Part shown: piece after piece, positions 48,901 to 52,174 of the stretch | Position numbering within the stretch: the stretch's first letter is position 1 | How the letters are laid out: each line of letters opens with the position of its first letter | DNA from: Chara braunii | Taxonomy: Eukaryota > Plantae > Charophyceae | DNA length: 52,174 bases | NCBI GenBank assembly: GCA_003427395.1 | Contig: BFEA01000041.1 | Span: 2,545,790-2,597,963, forward strand | Direction: 5' to 3' | Position numbers and translations under genes: made by a program | Notes under the pieces: generated by a model | The model's input: only the letters and a program-made list of their open reading frames with translations | Database searches by the model: none | What the model was told of the DNA's origin: nothing

Positions 48901-50799
48901 GATAAGTTGCTTTTCTATTCTGAATTTCTGGTTCGCGCATCTGAAAAATAATTTCTTATATTTTTTTCGTGCTATACATCTTCGCTAAGAGTTTCTCAAA
49001 CCACGGTTTGGGAATCATATTCGAAAATCCGTTATGGATATCTAACCCTGATTTTCGTATAATTTCTCGTAGTTTTTGTCATGCAGTAGTCTTCCTTATC
49101 ATTGATCTTATGGTCTTATGGTCCTGTTTTTTTCTTATTTTTGATACAAACTCATTTTCTGATGGTCAATGCCTAATAGTGAGCTTCTGCATTTTTCCAA
49201 ATCCTATGATTACTAATCATAACATTGTGCGGTAAAATTTAATCCGGATTGGCTTGTTAATTCCAACTTCCTGGTCTTGAGGGGGGTGATTGTGGCTTGC
49301 TGTGTATGCCTGGGGTGTCTTCCTTGAGGGTTGGAGCCTCCCCCCGTGAGGGTTTCACAAGGTGGGAGGTGTTATCCTCGGAGGGGGGAGGCGGTATTGG
49401 GGGATTGCTATCTCTTAGCCTGACTGATTTAGGGTCGGATCAGCACTGGCGGGTGGGGAGAGAAGGCAAGGGGGTGGCTGCTTATAGCAGTGTTAGGATC
49501 TTTTGAGGAAAGAAGAGAATTTCAGGGCTACATAGTGAGCCGAAAGGGGGGGGAAGCTAGGTTTGAAGAAGGGAAGGTAGTAAGGGGATTTTCAACAGAA
49601 ATGGTTGTTTGTTTGAGTAAGTAAGTCATAAGGACGAGGCTGGGATGACACAGGCCGGTGCTGGAGCCGTTGCTCTATAACCCGGGGGGAGCTGGAGGCC
49701 TGGGAAGTTATGCCGAGGGTGGAAGGCATAACCAGATCGTCCGACATAGCTGGCGCTGGGGTATTGACCCTGTAACCTGCTTAGGGGCTTGCCGCTACGG
49801 GAAGTGTCGAGGGAGGAAGGCATTTCCTGTCCGTCAGAGCTAGGTTGATCGGTACTGGGGAGGGTTGTGGTGCCCTGTCACCCTAGCAGAAGGGGGTGTG
49901 AGATCAAGTGAGTTCTGGTACGAGGGCTGAAAGCTTGGACCGACGCTCTATCTATTGGAAGAGGGAAACTAGGATAGCGGACAGTTTTAGTTTTGCCCCC
50001 CCCGTTCTTATATTTTTTAAAAACATTTTTTGAAGGTCCTAAAGAGATTTGGGCGCTTAGTGGTCCTAGGATGTTTTTAGGACTTAGGGATCCCCACCGA
50101 CTCGTCTTACGTGGCGTCATCACTGTTGTACTCGAGACCTGCGGTTGTTCGATGCCAGAACGATGCTGACCGGAGCTGGGGTGTTGCCCTGTAACCTGCG
50201 ACGCAGGAGCGTGAGGTCTGGTAGAGAGATCTGGGGAGGTCTTGGGGGGGCTTCCCACGGGACAACTAAGGGTTGCTGCTGGGATGACGCTGGTCGGAGC
50301 TGGGGTGAGTTGCGTTGCCCTGTAACCCAGCAGAAAGTGGGGGTGTGAGACCTGGAAGAGAGCGGCAAAAGTGTACGACAGTTTTGGAGAACGTTGGAAG
50401 GGTGTGTGTGGGTTTTCAAAGTTTTTGGAAAAATCGTAGGACCTTTGTGGCCTATTGTCGTGCTTCAGGAACGACGGTAAGAGTTAATAAGGTGAGTGGG
50501 AAAAGAGGGTGGGTTATCACGCGTCCTACCAGTGAGGGGGTTAGCTGGTAGGATGGGAGTATGGCATAGCAGTAGTAGAGATGGTGGCTCCGCTGCAGTC
50601 AGTCTTGTCGGAGTGAGGCAAAGCCGATCGATGGGGTTTTTTCCGAGTCGAGTCGTTTCTGAAAATTTTCATGAAGTTGTCATAAACTGTCTGAGGTAGC
50701 TCCAATAGTTCCGAGCTAACATTTTCTAGTAGCTTCTTGTCTCATTTTCTTGAAAGTGTCTGATGAAGTTTTCTGCAGTTTTATGAACGTACTCGTTAT

Positions 50800-50920
50800 G
50801 GGACGCTGGGCCCGGTTCCCAGTTTCTGCCAATTAGTGTGGATATGGTTGTATCTATGGGATGCTGGACCCGGTTTCCAGCAGGTGCTGCTCCCCACCAA
50901 TAGATGGAGTTTGTTTCCAG

Positions 50921-50958
<38 letters not shown>
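50800..50958 (+). repeat. 3'-tail motif copies 11 (partial) and 12 (with polyA), antisense to the host LINE
   Basis: gggacgctgggcccggttcccag at 50800; gggatgctggacccggtttccagcaggtgctgctccccaccaatagatggagt at 50858; A-tail 50921-50958. Confidence 0.9.
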
Positions 50959-50960
<2 letters not shown>

Positions 50961-52065
50961 AGGACCACCCCTTCAACGTTGCACCGCCCTTCCCCGGACA
51001 GAGACCCACCTCCCATGATCCTGTGCTCTTTCTCACTTGGATCAGAGGGACTTTTGTTATGGACACTTTCCCCGTCTCGCTGCCCTGCTCTAGACACTGT
51101 CTCAACCGACGCCTCTTCGCGGGTTCATTCTCCTACAGGGGCCCCGTCTCCAGACTTGGGTTTTCAGGGGTGTTTTTTAATGGCATCTGTTGTCGGCGAT
51201 CTACTTTACCCACCCTTTTGCTGACACTCGTTGGGCTTTGGTTATCATTCCCTTGTTGGGGATCAACAAACCTTCGTTCCTGACCGTCTTCACTTCTCCC
51301 CCCCAATAGTGGTTTCTCCCAACTCTAACGCTTGGTTCTTTGATGAATTGTGTCTATCCTCCTTGTGGGGTGGGGGAGGCAGCAGCTCTGCCACCGTGTG
51401 TAATACTCAGAAGCCAACTTCGGACCAAGGCAGTCCCGGAGGGAGCCCCTCCGACATCACCTTTTTGTGGGACTACCATCTAAAATAGGGAAAATGTTCA
51501 AATATGTGGTATCCCAGAACTCGTCCGTCGCCAGGCCATATATATCTTTCAGGCTATTGAGGAGCCAATCCGCCAGTTGAATAAGTTTTTGCTCTACGGA
51601 AATTTGTTGCTCCTGGCAGGTCTCCTTGGTGGCTGCCTCCTGAAACTCCTCCATTATTATATCGGGGGGTGGTGTAGAACGAAGGGGAGATGGTCCCACT
51701 TCCATTGGGGCGGGTCCGAAGGCATCCATAAAGGGGTCGAGATCAGGCGAGCCTGTCTCCCCTTCTTCTTCCCTTGCCGGGGTCTGCTTTACCTCCTCAC
51801 TCTCCTCTCCCTTCTCCTTCAGTTGAATAAGTTTTTGCTCTACTGAAATTTGTTGCTCCTGGCAGGTCTCCTTGGTGGATGGCTCCTAAAACTTCTCCAT
51901 TATCTGTGTGTCTGATTTTCGATTCAACAGGGGGTTCCCGTTGAAAGGTTCAACGGTCGTTGAACCCCCGTTACAACGCCGCGCTATACTGCGTTAGAAC
52001 GCGGTACAACACGGCCCGCGAAAGTTTTTTTCGCAGACAAAAAATAATAAATATATATATATATA

Positions 52066-52174
52066 CAGGGTTGTCGGTGTTCAGGATGGGCCGAACACCC
52101 GAACCCGAACGCCCGAACGTTTGGGACCCCCTCTCGACGCGTTCGGACGTTCGGCCAAACGCGGAACCAAAAAA
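52066..52174. mobile_element. possible DNA-transposon/MITE terminus after (TA)n
   Basis: cagggttg start with clustered ccgaac/gttcgg motifs; cut by the window edge. Confidence 0.35.

Larger units (their letters stand above)
42313..52020 (-). mobile_element. long, possibly near-full-length L1/Tx1-clade LINE, decayed, with nested insertions
   Basis: 3' tail at 42313-42355 and 43588-43698, zf-RVT, RT, APE, then ORF1-like sequence to an ATG at 51900. Continuity above ~48900 is inferred. Confidence 0.75.

Overview
Repeat-dense eukaryotic DNA. The rRNA/U6 fragments look plant-like and the repeat landscape resembles a charophyte alga such as Chara, but the organism is an inference. I see no ordinary host gene. 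Contents: (1) a decayed Penelope-like retroelement (2788-14932) with direct terminal repeats, a minimal type I hammerhead ribozyme, a CCHC zinc-knuckle ORF and an RT; the RT is split by a 7180-bp TG...CA insertion (4-bp TSD, probable solo LTR) that carries scrambled 28S rRNA fragments. (2) A pile of at least nine L1/Tx1-clade LINE fragments, including one long minus-strand copy. (3) Twelve copies of a conserved 3'-terminal RNA motif (hairpin + H-type pseudoknot + variable long hairpin + polyA) with compensatory changes, shared by divergent LINEs. (4) Two paralogous RT-less units ending in that same tail and carrying an unrecognised small protein with conserved C-x23-H-x41/42-CxxC spacing (23106-23690 intact; 39889-40326 with two stops). 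This is the best candidate for an undescribed system: protein-coding non-autonomous passengers of the LINE machinery. (5) Retroposed U6 and 18S rRNA fragments, several MITEs, microsatellites and two assembly gaps. All homology calls were made by eye; most element boundaries are approximate unless a TSD is quoted.
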